A DNA stretch of 38,095 nt, from IMG/VR virus record IMGVR_UViG_2526164613_000026; one strand, written 5' to 3'. The first letter of the stretch is position 1. Every line of letters starts with the position of its first letter. Made by a program: the position numbers and the translations under genes. Positions 1 through 9,325 of this stretch are shown here, piece by piece. The notes under the pieces are model-generated. The model did not search any database, had not been told where the DNA came from, and saw only the letters and a list, made by a program, of their open reading frames with translations. Origin of the DNA: a virus. Taxonomy: Duplodnaviria > Heunggongvirae > Uroviricota > Caudoviricetes.

Positions 1-618
1 TGCATGATCCATAATTGTGTGTGATTGCCCTGAAAGTAGGGTACGTCCGACATCAATCCCGCGCCCATCATCCCAGATACGAATGAAATCACCGCGTGCG
101 TCAGGTAATGCCAGCGCCGGAAACACTTTCGCCAGCACAGGGTAATCAGTGGCAGAGAATTTCGCGCCGTTGAACTTCAAAAACACCATACCGGACCAGC
201 TATCGATTACGGTATCTGGCATTGCAGCGGACGGCCAGAAGAACGGAACGCCAATAGCTGGAGCTCCTTCTCCCAAACCAAGGTTTTCGAGAGCCGTTTT
301 CACCGTGCCATCCGATTTGATATCACCAAACGGATTCTTGCGGCTCAGGTATTCAACAGCAAACCCCGATCCCAGCAATTCAACAAAACCGGGCAGATCA
401 CCATTATCAAGCACATCCCGTTGCGTTTTATCACTTACAAACTGGGCCAGAGCTGCAGCAATAAAGCTGGCCTGCCGAATAACCTTATTGACTTGCGCAC
501 TGGAGGCTTTCCCTGCTGTAAATCCGGATAAAAGCGCGGGCAACGCTTCCCATTCCTCCTGCGATATAACATTGGCATTTCGATCCGTTGCAAACGCTTT
601 AAAGTCATTTTTCGTCAT
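1..618 (-). CDS. Tail fibre protein, N-terminal part (gene continues beyond window start)
   Basis: Minus-strand frame open from ATG at 618 to position 1 with no stop (hand-translated). ATGA overlap with upstream gene stop. Residues about 150-206 match the phage tail-collar motif ([42 protein letters not shown]). Confidence 0.7.
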   Translation of the reverse strand, partial: MTKNDFKAFATDRNANVISQEEWEALPALLSGFTAGKASSAQVNKVIRQASFIAAALAQFVSDKTQRDVLDNGDLPGFVELLGSGFAVEYLSRKNPFGDIKSDGTVKTALENLGLGEGAPAIGVPFFWPSAAMPDTVIDSWSGMVFLKFNGAKFSATDYPVLAKVFPALALPDARGDFIRIWDDGRGIDVGRTLLSGQSHTIMDHA

Positions 619-1298
619 CAGAGTAATACTCCCCATGCTCCTACATCAAAACCACTGATGAATTCGTTATCCATATCAAAACCAAAAAATTTTGAGCCTT
701 CCGATGGGGTTTCCACCGAAGGTGTTTCAATGCCACCCGCCCATACCCCGGCGGCTTTTACTGTGAGATACCCCTGTTTAATTGCCGCAATTAACTCACG
801 CGATACATCTGAAATATCAGTATCAGGAAAGACCCAGACCGATATCGTCATGTCCTGGTTATCGACTATCTGCATTCGCAGCCCGGATCCTGCTGTTGCC
901 GCGTCAAGAATTGCCGGAAGCGAATCATTCCGTCCGTCCCAGTTATTAATCGCAATCTTCGCTTTAAGAATGACACGATAAGTTTCATCGCTGAGATACA
1001 TGTATCCTGAATCAGGATCGTATGGTCCCTGCCATACCCCCTGATCATATCCAAGCCCGTCGGTATCCCAGCTGAAATAGACACCTGAGATAGGCTGGCT
1101 GACAACACGGCTACGTCCGATCCACAATCCAAGAATGTCAAGTTGCACACCAACCGCAGAGTCAATATCAAATGCAGTAATCAGCCCTCTGGTGGCAGCC
1201 GCAACATCAATAAGTGGCCGGGTCATCAGATCAACATGCGCAAGAAATTTAGGTTTGGTGGCGTGGTAGTTCGTGATTAGTTCGGTGTATTTGCTCAT
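618..1298 (-). CDS. Baseplate/tail fibre-associated protein (position of Mu gp48 / P2 gpI)
   Basis: 226 aa ORF, ATG verified at 1298, translationally coupled to J-like gene upstream and fibre gene downstream. Family assignment by synteny only. Confidence 0.55.
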   Translation of the reverse strand: MSKYTELITNYHATKPKFLAHVDLMTRPLIDVAAATRGLITAFDIDSAVGVQLDILGLWIGRSRVVSQPISGVYFSWDTDGLGYDQGVWQGPYDPDSGYMYLSDETYRVILKAKIAINNWDGRNDSLPAILDAATAGSGLRMQIVDNQDMTISVWVFPDTDISDVSRELIAAIKQGYLTVKAAGVWAGGIETPSVETPSEGSKFFGFDMDNEFISGFDVGAWGVLL

Positions 1299-2494
1299 GA
1301 CTCCACCGTTATAACGATATTTTCCGGGGTACAGGACACAGATTCGTTGTATCTGATATCAATGTTTGATGACGACAAAGCCCCCGGGGATTTCCCAATC
1401 GTCAGTTCCTGAATATCGTAATAGCGTGCATTCCCGCCACTCACCACGCCAAGATTCGCCGGTGAGTAAATGCGACTTAAAAGGACCGAATCACCAATCA
1501 TCAGACTATTGATATAGTCGGAAATAGCCTGCTGGATCTGCTGCCCTATCTGTGAGGTATAACCCGTAAAAACTTGTAATTTGATCCGGGCATAAACAGG
1601 TACATCACTGGAACGCGAGAACTTGATTACATGGGGATTGCCGTATTTATCCGGAATCGTAACGGATGTTGTACCGTGAGTGGCTGTCCCCTGACCTTTA
1701 TTCCCTCTGATAGCCTGAGCAATATCCGTCACATCACCGCCATCCACAATCACAGCAACAGAGTGTGGCGGTAACCCGTTACCGTCCTCCGAACCAGTAT
1801 CATTTTCATAGAGTTTGTGGCGGGTTACACCGGTAACATTAGAAACAGCACCATCCAGTGCTTCAAATGGGGTTATTGATGGCAACGCAACACTTTGCGA
1901 CTGACGGATACGTAACTCCGCATCAGTTTCTGCCGGAGAGCCAACAGTAGCCGCAGCAGGATTAGTTACCGAAACCCAGCCACGGGTTGGCGTATTAATT
2001 TCAGTGATTGTTCCAGCCAGCGCCGCCACTGCACCACTGACGGAACATGTTGCGGTCGCCATCACTGTACCATCCACGCCGACCACCACTGAAGCAGGCA
2101 AACGCCATATCACATTATTACTGTCTTTCACGCTGCCATTAATGATGGTTGTTCCGGCAGTTCCTGTAAGAAGCAAATCAACCGTAGAGTTCGTCGCGCC
2201 TTTACGTGAAATACCATTTATTTTCACGTTACTGGTCAGTGCAGCCCCATAGCCGGTTGCCGGTGAAAAACAGTTGTAGACAGTTATCGCCGTATTATTG
2301 GCATCATGAATCGCCAGTGCCATCAGAGCCACCATCTGGCCGTCTTTGCTGTCCGGTTCGAGGTAGGCATCACTGCCATAAATCTGCTGAAAATAGCTAA
2401 TCAGGGTGCTGAGTATCGTCTGATAATCAGGCGCACTGATCCCCTCTGCGGTTACCTTTGCAGATAAACCGAGAGAATCAAGGTTCAGAGCCAT
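1295..2494 (-). CDS. Baseplate J-like protein
   Basis: 399 aa, ATG at 2494, overlaps neighbours. Size and position after W-like and V-like genes fit baseplate J / Mu gp47. Confidence 0.75.
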   Translation of the reverse strand: MALNLDSLGLSAKVTAEGISAPDYQTILSTLISYFQQIYGSDAYLEPDSKDGQMVALMALAIHDANNTAITVYNCFSPATGYGAALTSNVKINGISRKGATNSTVDLLLTGTAGTTIINGSVKDSNNVIWRLPASVVVGVDGTVMATATCSVSGAVAALAGTITEINTPTRGWVSVTNPAAATVGSPAETDAELRIRQSQSVALPSITPFEALDGAVSNVTGVTRHKLYENDTGSEDGNGLPPHSVAVIVDGGDVTDIAQAIRGNKGQGTATHGTTSVTIPDKYGNPHVIKFSRSSDVPVYARIKLQVFTGYTSQIGQQIQQAISDYINSLMIGDSVLLSRIYSPANLGVVSGGNARYYDIQELTIGKSPGALSSSNIDIRYNESVSCTPENIVITVES

Positions 2495-2847
2495 TACGCC
2501 TCCGATGTAACAGTCGTTATTCCATAAAGAGTGTCGATTTCAGCGGAAAACATGACACGTCGGGTCGTGGTATCCACCGTCGTATTGAAAGAGAGGATTG
2601 ATTTAACGCCCCGAGTTTCGAGGATGCGCTTACGGATCGCCAGGTTGTAGGTTTCCGGCTTCTGCTTACCGAGCACAGACCGGATCCACGGAGTCCCTTC
2701 GGTGGTATCGAGAAACCATTGCCCATACCACAATTCGAATCGCGTTTTTACCGCCTGCGCCACGGCCTCCGGTGAGTTAATCAGCCAGGTGTCATCACCG
2801 CTGCCAAAGGTGTAATCGCCATCGGCGTCTTCACGTCTGTATCGCAT
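2494..2847 (-). CDS. Baseplate protein, W/gp25-like (Mu gp46-like)
   Basis: 117 aa, ATG at 2847, ATGA overlap with V-like stop. Size and position typical. Confidence 0.6.
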   Translation of the reverse strand: MRYRREDADGDYTFGSGDDTWLINSPEAVAQAVKTRFELWYGQWFLDTTEGTPWIRSVLGKQKPETYNLAIRKRILETRGVKSILSFNTTVDTTTRRVMFSAEIDTLYGITTVTSEA

Positions 2848-3599
2848 CAGTTTACCCCGTCGGTACTGCTTCCACCGCGCTGAACACCGCCATGAGAGTG
2901 CGTATCATCGATTGGCTTGCCGTTAGCCTTCACGCTCCCCAAGAACTCAACAGCACCAGTGATTTTTGAAGCCACACCAGAAACCACAGACCCCACCATG
3001 CCCCCCATCCAGGTTAACAGGCCATGAATGGTTACTTTCTCAGAAAAATCAGCCAGAGGGGCAACCACATCAAGACCACCCGGAGCGACAATTTTAATTT
3101 TCCTGGTATCAGGATTAAGCTCAAAATAGGTGCTGCCGTCGTCACTACGCAACTGTGTGGCACTGGTATTAATGCCGCTAATCTTCCTCGCCTGCGACTG
3201 GGGACCGACAATACAAAACGCATCCGATAAATCATGCATTCTGTCATCAACAGGCTCCTGTATCCCGCCGTTCTGCCACCAGAAATCAATACAACGATCG
3301 GCAAAAACGACAAGACACTCATCCCCGGCTTTTACCGGAAAAGTCAACGTACAGCCTCCGCCGCGCGGGAATACCACTGGCACATCCACCAGCAATGGGT
3401 AATTTTTGGTAATGCGGTTACCGTAATTATCCTTTTCAACCGAACGGATAGCTGGCTGCACAACCGCCGTCACCGCGTCAGGATCGAATGACTGAATAAT
3501 GCCAGGCAAGGCGACGCGGATCTGGTTCTTTGTTGTTTCCCGCTCGGACTTGAATGTTTCGGCAAGGTCACCGCTACGAGTCTGGTCTGATATGGCCAT
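2847..3599 (-). CDS. Baseplate assembly protein V / central spike
   Basis: ORF track starts at TTG 3632 inside a terminator hairpin. First ATG is at 3599 with AGGAG 8 nt upstream (250 aa). C-terminal HSHGGVQRGGSSTDG is typical of gpV / Mu gp45 spikes. Confidence 0.8.
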   Translation of the reverse strand: MAISDQTRSGDLAETFKSERETTKNQIRVALPGIIQSFDPDAVTAVVQPAIRSVEKDNYGNRITKNYPLLVDVPVVFPRGGGCTLTFPVKAGDECLVVFADRCIDFWWQNGGIQEPVDDRMHDLSDAFCIVGPQSQARKISGINTSATQLRSDDGSTYFELNPDTRKIKIVAPGGLDVVAPLADFSEKVTIHGLLTWMGGMVGSVVSGVASKITGAVEFLGSVKANGKPIDDTHSHGGVQRGGSSTDGVN

Positions 3600-3613
3600 T
3601 TGATAAACTCCTG

Positions 3614-3640
3614 AAAACAAAAAACCCGCCAAGTGGCGGG
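3614..3640 (-). terminator. Intrinsic terminator ending the accessory cassette, 24 nt upstream of the V-like start
   Basis: Minus-strand RNA CCCGCC-ACUU-GGCGGG (perfect 6-bp stem) followed by UUUUUUGUUUU. Confidence 0.7.
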
Positions 3641-3661
3641 TCTACAGGAACAACTCTAAGT

Positions 3662-3832
3662 TTATTTTTTCTGTTTAAAATTGTCCAACTCAGGTTCTTT
3701 AACGCTTTCTGTCATGTAATCCAATCCACCAAAAGGTACTTCAAGCATTATACTGCTTTCATAATCAGCCATGGATTGCTCTGCTTGCGTTGGCTTGCTT
3801 TGCTGTGAGTTGTCATTATTTGATGTTGTCAT
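3662..3832 (-). CDS. Small hydrophilic protein, 56 aa (third gene of tail-module cassette)
   Basis: Hand-translated (MTTSNNDNSQQSKPTQAEQSMADYESSIMLEVPFGGLDYMTESVKEPELDNFKQKK). Below ORF-track size cutoff. ATG 6 nt after upstream stop, AAGG 9 nt upstream. Confidence 0.35.
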   Translation of the reverse strand: MTTSNNDNSQQSKPTQAEQSMADYESSIMLEVPFGGLDYMTESVKEPELDNFKQKK

Positions 3833-3835
3833 CAA

Positions 3836-4390
3836 CTATGCCTTATTTATCAAAAGAAAAGTAACCGATAATATGAAAAAACCGAAAGATAACGCAATTC
3901 CTTCAAAAAGATAACGAGCGTAAACTGCCTTTTCTTTATGAAGACTTTCGATCAATTCAACAGCTTTACCATACTGAAACATATGGTATCTAAGCGTTTT
4001 AATTTTATCACCGTAAAATAAAAAATCATGCTCTTCTTTTCGCTTATGAATAGGCATTTTTGGTATATCTTTCAGTCCCCAAGTACGCCATAGGAAAAAA
4101 AAGCACATAACAATACAAACAAAGCACAGATATGCACAAAGTATAGATAATGTTAAAAACCAATTACTCTTTAGCCCACTTTTGAAATCAACAGTCCCAA
4201 ATACAGCCAGTAGAGCAGAGGTTTCTACAGCTAAAATAGCAAGAAGGTAGTTAACTTTGTCCTCAAGACGACGATATGTTGATTTTGCTTCCTCATATCT
4301 ATCTTTATAATATGACGAAATAAAATCAGCGCCTATAGTCTCAATTGCCTTTTGTTCTTCTGTTGTATCTATTGACGAACGCTTGCTCAT
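3836..4390 (-). CDS. Accessory inner-membrane protein, 184 aa, three predicted TM helices, unknown function
   Basis: ATG verified at 4390, 7 nt after the secreted-protein stop. AT-rich by eye. Hydrophobic stretches LLAILAVETSALLAVFGTV, WFLTLSILCAYLCFVCIVMCFFFLW, ALSFGFFILSVTFLLI. Sits between baseplate genes. Confidence 0.6.
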   Translation of the reverse strand: MSKRSSIDTTEEQKAIETIGADFISSYYKDRYEEAKSTYRRLEDKVNYLLAILAVETSALLAVFGTVDFKSGLKSNWFLTLSILCAYLCFVCIVMCFFFLWRTWGLKDIPKMPIHKRKEEHDFLFYGDKIKTLRYHMFQYGKAVELIESLHKEKAVYARYLFEGIALSFGFFILSVTFLLINKA

Positions 4391-4397
4391 TTCTCAA

Positions 4398-4745
4398 TCA
4401 ACCAACAACTTTCTTACACGGGAAAGAGCCAATAATTTTCGGAGCATCCATGCTGTTCTGCAACAACTGGACGTTCAGGAAACGCGTTTTAGTGCCAGGT
4501 CGATGGATATACTCGAACCCATAATTGTTGCCATCTTTGGCAGGCATCAGGTCCATTTTGATCTGCATGCCTGTACCGTCTTTACCCAACATTTTTACTT
4601 TTTGGGACGTTACTGTTTCGCCATTGATTTTAAATAATGAATCAGGGATCGCATCCATACGAAAGTTGCCGCATTGCATCGTTATGGTGTTTGCACTTAC
4701 ACCAACAGACACTAATGCCAGCAATGAAAATATCCATCGTTTCAT
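4398..4745 (-). CDS. Accessory secreted/periplasmic protein, 115 aa precursor, unknown function
   Basis: ORF-track N-terminal extension overlaps the hub gene. Internal ATG at 4745 has GAGAGGA upstream and gives MKRWIFSLLALVSVGVSA followed by NT (signal peptide with AxA-like cleavage site, no lipobox Cys). Two Cys in mature part. Confidence 0.6.
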   Translation of the reverse strand: MKRWIFSLLALVSVGVSANTITMQCGNFRMDAIPDSLFKINGETVTSQKVKMLGKDGTGMQIKMDLMPAKDGNNYGFEYIHRPGTKTRFLNVQLLQNSMDAPKIIGSFPCKKVVG

Positions 4746-4747
4746 TT

Positions 4748-5812
4748 CTATAATCCTCTCTGAAAAGCAGTGCTGGATGGGATATCCTGCGCACCGCGCG
4801 CTTCGCACATCATATCCATGTACCACGCCTGGCCCCTTGTGTCGCCAGTGTACATAATCCCGCGCACAATATAAACGCCATCCGTTGCGATGCTGGCAGG
4901 CTGCGATGTGGTGCCGCTTAGCGTGATATTTCCATCCGTGTTCTGGTCGGTGATCTGACCACCAGCCATCGCGATATCGTTGTTCGACAACGCGGTACGA
5001 TACACTGAAGCCTGATCCAGTTGAATGAGCCCGTTAACCCGGATGTTCGGATTAATAAGCGCGCGGACATTTACGCCGTTGCCGATGGTCTGCTGCGGCA
5101 TGCCAATAAGCCCGGTAGCGCTGTTGAGCACAATCGCTTTGTGAACATATTCATTATTCTCCACCATCTGGCGTTGACCGTCCACGAATTGCCATGTTGC
5201 GCCACATTGACCGGCTACGTTATCCATAAGATGCCGCGTCATGCCAAAGAGTACCCGCCCCCGGGGGAATACAGTAGCAGGCATTTCAGGCGTCAGGCCT
5301 TCGGTCGCGCCTTTGGCTTCGAAGTCTTTCATCAGCGCACGGTTCACATCAGCGACCGTGTAACCGGCAGCCAGCGTCTGTGAGGTTATACTGGTGGCAA
5401 AAGCCAGATCAGTATCTGCTGCCTGAATCAGGACGTAGGAATCAACCGGACTGTCTTTTCCTGTGACCGAGTAGCGAATTTCACCGCTGAAAATCAGTCC
5501 GTAGTTGCGACCATCACTCTGGCCCACGTCCGCCGCGTCAACTTCCCGCACTGTCCCGACGTCGCTTGCCGACACCTCCGGCGCGATACCGTCGTAACCC
5601 GCAATCAGACGCACTTTCGAAAACTCCTGCCCGGTAATTCGGTTCACAGTATCTGCCGAAAGGTTATAAATTTTGATAGTCCCTACCCGGGACGCGCTGC
5701 TGATGTTGAACCAGTCGATCGTAAAGGTGACTTTGAAATCACTTAGCTCAATTCCCTGACCGTTCCCGTCCACAAGCTGCAGCTCGAAATGTCTCATCCA
5801 GTTCTGTGACAT
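4748..5812 (-). CDS. Baseplate hub-like tail protein (position of Mu gp44 / P2 gpD)
   Basis: 354 aa, ATG verified at 5812. Assignment by size and synteny, downstream of the tape measure and upstream of the V-like spike. Confidence 0.55.
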   Translation of the reverse strand: MSQNWMRHFELQLVDGNGQGIELSDFKVTFTIDWFNISSASRVGTIKIYNLSADTVNRITGQEFSKVRLIAGYDGIAPEVSASDVGTVREVDAADVGQSDGRNYGLIFSGEIRYSVTGKDSPVDSYVLIQAADTDLAFATSITSQTLAAGYTVADVNRALMKDFEAKGATEGLTPEMPATVFPRGRVLFGMTRHLMDNVAGQCGATWQFVDGQRQMVENNEYVHKAIVLNSATGLIGMPQQTIGNGVNVRALINPNIRVNGLIQLDQASVYRTALSNNDIAMAGGQITDQNTDGNITLSGTTSQPASIATDGVYIVRGIMYTGDTRGQAWYMDMMCEARGAQDIPSSTAFQRGL

Positions 5813-5814
5813 GC

Positions 5815-6117
5815 TTATTCCGTTGATACCAGTAAATGACTGCGCCCGCCCAAGTCTGTTTTCGTGGGATAATCCTGTGTGCTGTCATCGCAGACCACCA
5901 ACAGCTTAAAACCAAGTCCCATACAGGCGTACTGCGCCAGCAGATCAGCGCCAGTGACGAGAGGAATACCGGAGATTACCGGCTCCCCTCTGTCATTCTG
6001 CAGGTCCATAATCCAGTAAAGATCGCGCCATATGATGCTAATTCGCCAGGTGACACCACCCAGGACGATGCTGAACTGCTGGTTGTCCGCTGTCAGCGGA
6101 ATTTCCTGAATTGTCAT
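5815..6117 (-). CDS. Tail/baseplate protein, 100 aa
   Basis: ATG at 6117 with ATGA overlap to upstream gene. Conserved position after tape measure. Confidence 0.5.
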   Translation of the reverse strand: MTIQEIPLTADNQQFSIVLGGVTWRISIIWRDLYWIMDLQNDRGEPVISGIPLVTGADLLAQYACMGLGFKLLVVCDDSTQDYPTKTDLGGRSHLLVSTE

Positions 6118-6704
6118 TAGCCGCCCCCCAGTAATGACGCCACGTTACCCGTGATGCTTTTCAGCAGTGAAGTATCTGGAGGCTTTGTGGTTTTGTTGCC
6201 GCTATTCTGTACCGCCGACGTGCTGGCCCCTTCCTTCATGTTGGTTTTATCCGCGACGGTAATCTGCTGTGTCCGGGAGATAAGGACCTCCCTCAGGGTG
6301 AGGACGGCGGACAGGACGTTTTCGGTTGTCTTGTCCGTCGTCACTTCCAGCGCCCGGATCAACATGTTGCTGTACAGCCGTTTACCGGTTACCACATCGA
6401 AGGGGATACGACTTTCCTGCAGATCCAGTAGCTCCTGATACGTCTGCTGAGGACTCAGGCCGAGCAGGCTGGTAGCCGTCAGGTTACTGGCAAAATCCAG
6501 CAATGCGCCGCCACCGGCGAAACCAACCTCCATCACCACTTCTGACGGTTTTTTATAGGCATGATCAGCGACAGCGGCCCCGACCTCTACCGGATGCTCT
6601 GTTATTTCAAGCATATCTGTATGCTTCTCTGAAATAACAACACTGGGAACAATCATTCCTATTTTTCTGCTCTGCTGATGAAAAAGTGTAGAGAGAATAT
6701 CCAC
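6117..6704 (-). CDS. Tail protein following tape measure, 195 aa (GTG start) or shorter from ATG 6656
   Basis: GTG at 6704 is preceded by GGTGAGGGTGGG. Alternative ATG at 6656. Function by position only. Confidence 0.5.
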   Translation of the reverse strand: MDILSTLFHQQSRKIGMIVPSVVISEKHTDMLEITEHPVEVGAAVADHAYKKPSEVVMEVGFAGGGALLDFASNLTATSLLGLSPQQTYQELLDLQESRIPFDVVTGKRLYSNMLIRALEVTTDKTTENVLSAVLTLREVLISRTQQITVADKTNMKEGASTSAVQNSGNKTTKPPDTSLLKSITGNVASLLGGG

Positions 6705-8692
6705 TAACCCACCCTCACCTGATTACTTCGCATGACCTGAGCATTTGCAGACTGTTGCCGACGTGCAACCTCATTACCGACAGCGTGCGGATCTCCGCCA
6801 CCGTAAATGTGGTAAGTATTTTGCTGGTTAACCTCTGTCACTTTGCCACTAATTCCTGCCACGGCAGCCTTATTAATCAGCTCTCGGGAATAGATATTTC
6901 TTCCATTTTCATGCTGGATAATACTGCTCATCAATGCTGACATGGTTTGCGGATCGCTCATATTCAGGGCAGCCCGGGGATCCACTCCCAGTCGTTGCGA
7001 TACAGCCCTGATATACGCAGTTGTGTTGTTATTATCAGACGCAGGTGCCCAGGTAGAGATAATTTTCTCCACACTGTTTATTCCCCGTCCGGCGTACAGC
7101 ATTAACTGACGAGCAAGAGCCCGTAATCCATCAAAGGCAGTTTCAAATCTGGCAAATCGCCCGCCCGGGCGTTCAAGAGAAGCCCCTGCCTGACCAGCAA
7201 AATTAAGGTTTCCCGGATTGTTATTCCGTTCTCCTCGTTTCGTAGCCTGTGCATGTTGTTCCGGCTCATCATCACCAAACCAGCTGCGTACCGTCCGGCC
7301 CACGCTACGGGGATCGAATCCCCAGTGCTCTTTAATCCAGTCGGCAGTACTGTTAGCGCTGTCTGTAACCATCGGCATCGCTGACGGATTTGCGCTGCCC
7401 TGATTAAGTATCTGTTTGCCGATGCTGACGGCATCAGCCCAGCGGCCATCTTTGATAGCGTTGAGCAGGTCGGCGATCATGTTCAGCATTTTGCTGAATT
7501 CGCCCATCTGGTCGATGAAGTTGCTGAAATCCCACTTCAGGGACCATGATTTGGGGTCAATATTGAGTAGTTTCGCCAGCGCTTTCGCCAGGTCGTTAAC
7601 GGTCGTTTTAAGGTCACGAACCATCTTCAGCGCGGCATCGACCTCCGGTTTCCACTTGCCCCAGTCAATCAGGCTGTCGCCGCCTTCCTTCCAGGTCTGA
7701 TAGTCCTCCCACAGGAGGGCAATACCCGCCGCCAGCGCGGTAATGAGGCCAATCGGCGACATCCAGAACGTACTGTTCAGAATGCGCAGCGCAATCGTCA
7801 GTGCGCCAAACAGCGAGATCAACTCCCGCGTTTGCTTATCCAGCGATTGCCACCAGGTGATGAGGCTTGATGTTCCTTCAATCAGTCTGAAGAACAGCCG
7901 CCCGATAATATCCCCGAGCGCCAGAATGCCTTTTATGGCTTTCGTCAGGGTCTGCTCGATACGAGGGAAGTTGTCCAGGATATGGCGGCGCAGGGTGTCC
8001 AGCGAACCCGCAAGCCCACCCGCAAGATTAGAGCCGATTTTGTCACGGGCCATGCCTGCCATCGCGCCAAACTCACGCAGGGAGGTCATAAATTTGTTGG
8101 AGCTTCTGGCCGCCTCGTCAGCATTGAAGCCGATAGCTTTCGCCATTGCGCTGTACTGCCCGGAGAAGCCACCCACACCCCGGCGCATCGCCATAAGGGT
8201 ATTTTCGTCAATGCCCAGCATCTGCGCATACTGGTTAGCCCGGTAATACGGCATGCCGCTGAGCTTCTGGCCTACACCTGTAAAAATAGCGGCCATGTCA
8301 CGCATGTTACCGCTGGCATCCCGTGTCTGTACCCCCAGGCGATTCAGAAATCCCTCTGCCCCGGGATTGTTACGAATAAACCGGGAGAGGCTTTCCAGAG
8401 AAGATCGCGCAGCGTCCACGCTGCCGCCAACCTGCGAAACCGCATAGCCAATAGACTGAATTCCCTGGACTGTCGCGCCAGTGCGCTGTGACGCCCAGTA
8501 AAGATTATCCAGGCCGGAGGCAATCTTAGCCGTAAAGGCCACCACGGACAGTGCAGCTCCTTCAACGGCCAACCCCATTTTGATGACATTTGCAGTTGTC
8601 CCGGCGAGGACAGAACCGAATTTTTTTGCTCCAGCATCATCCACACTGAAGCCAAGCGAGACGAGGAAATCTTTAATAGTTTCAGCGTTCAT
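6704..8692 (-). CDS. Tail tape measure protein
   Basis: About 660 aa. ORF track starts at TTG 8713; first ATG is 8692 with GAGAGGA upstream. Ala/Gly-rich repeats and hydrophobic segment, directly downstream of chaperone. Confidence 0.8.
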   Translation of the reverse strand: MNAETIKDFLVSLGFSVDDAGAKKFGSVLAGTTANVIKMGLAVEGAALSVVAFTAKIASGLDNLYWASQRTGATVQGIQSIGYAVSQVGGSVDAARSSLESLSRFIRNNPGAEGFLNRLGVQTRDASGNMRDMAAIFTGVGQKLSGMPYYRANQYAQMLGIDENTLMAMRRGVGGFSGQYSAMAKAIGFNADEAARSSNKFMTSLREFGAMAGMARDKIGSNLAGGLAGSLDTLRRHILDNFPRIEQTLTKAIKGILALGDIIGRLFFRLIEGTSSLITWWQSLDKQTRELISLFGALTIALRILNSTFWMSPIGLITALAAGIALLWEDYQTWKEGGDSLIDWGKWKPEVDAALKMVRDLKTTVNDLAKALAKLLNIDPKSWSLKWDFSNFIDQMGEFSKMLNMIADLLNAIKDGRWADAVSIGKQILNQGSANPSAMPMVTDSANSTADWIKEHWGFDPRSVGRTVRSWFGDDEPEQHAQATKRGERNNNPGNLNFAGQAGASLERPGGRFARFETAFDGLRALARQLMLYAGRGINSVEKIISTWAPASDNNNTTAYIRAVSQRLGVDPRAALNMSDPQTMSALMSSIIQHENGRNIYSRELINKAAVAGISGKVTEVNQQNTYHIYGGGDPHAVGNEVARRQQSANAQVMRSNQVRVG

Positions 8693-8921
8693 TATCCTCT
8701 CTCCATTTCTCAATGCGCCGCTGGTTATCCGCTTTTACCGCCAGATGGTCATTCAAGAGAGCAATATCGTACAAATCGACAGAGCCATCTTTAAGTGCTG
8801 TATAAGGAATTAACCCGGCGTCAACCGGATTGAGAAGGTAGGACAGCCCGTCCGGCAGGCTGTTAAACGTCAGCCCTGTTGCAGGCTCTGCGTCGTACTG
8901 GTAAGGGATGTAGGCAAAAAA
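8682..8921 (-). CDS. Minus-1 frameshift extension of tail assembly chaperone (G-T-like fusion product)
   Basis: Slippery run GGG-AAA-TTTTTT-G in the chaperone 0 frame (A_AAT_TTT / T_TTT_TTG, plus 8915..8924). The -1 frame is open for 80 codons with no start codon of its own and ends at TGA 8684..8682, just inside the tape-measure start. Confidence 0.5.
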   Translation of the reverse strand, partial: FFAYIPYQYDAEPATGLTFNSLPDGLSYLLNPVDAGLIPYTALKDGSVDLYDIALLNDHLAVKADNQRRIEKWREDNER

Positions 8922-9322
8922 TTTCCCAGCGAATTGGCGACCACCCGCGCCACCAGATGAAGCATGACCAGCAGGTCAATATCATCAAACATCAGTTCGC
9001 CCTGGGTAAATACCGGCACCCATCCGTCCATATGACGCCGCGATACCACCGCAAGACAGGGATGAATAATCGCATCGGTGTCATCTTCGGTCAGGGAAGA
9101 CAGTTCCTCAGCGATACGCGGGAGCATGGTTTCAAACACCGGTTTTAACTGCTCGAATTTCACGGTGTCGATTTTACCATCAGCAGGCAAACGGGAGCGA
9201 ATGCTCCCGAAATCTGACATCATTCCCGCCAGCACCGGCAGAAGTTTGCGGGTCACTTTCAGCTGGTCAAAAACGCTGAGTTTTGCCACGCGATATTTCA
9301 CGCCTTTAATTTCGAATTCCAT
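8870..9322 (-). CDS. Tail assembly chaperone
   Basis: 150 aa, ATG verified at 9322, between tube and tape measure genes. Carries the slippery site 15 codons before its stop. Confidence 0.7.
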   Translation of the reverse strand: MEFEIKGVKYRVAKLSVFDQLKVTRKLLPVLAGMMSDFGSIRSRLPADGKIDTVKFEQLKPVFETMLPRIAEELSSLTEDDTDAIIHPCLAVVSRRHMDGWVPVFTQGELMFDDIDLLVMLHLVARVVANSLGNFLPTSLTSTTQSLQQG

Positions 9323-9325
9323 GCA

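Noticed and set aside
149-658. 169-aa plus-strand ORF at the left edge
   Set aside because: Lies entirely antisense to the uninterrupted tail-fibre reading frame (tail-collar motif on the minus strand). Treated as a shadow ORF.
7743-8491. Several 160-170 aa plus-strand ORFs inside the tape measure gene
   Set aside because: Antisense to a long, well-supported structural gene in GC-rich DNA. Typical spurious ORFs.
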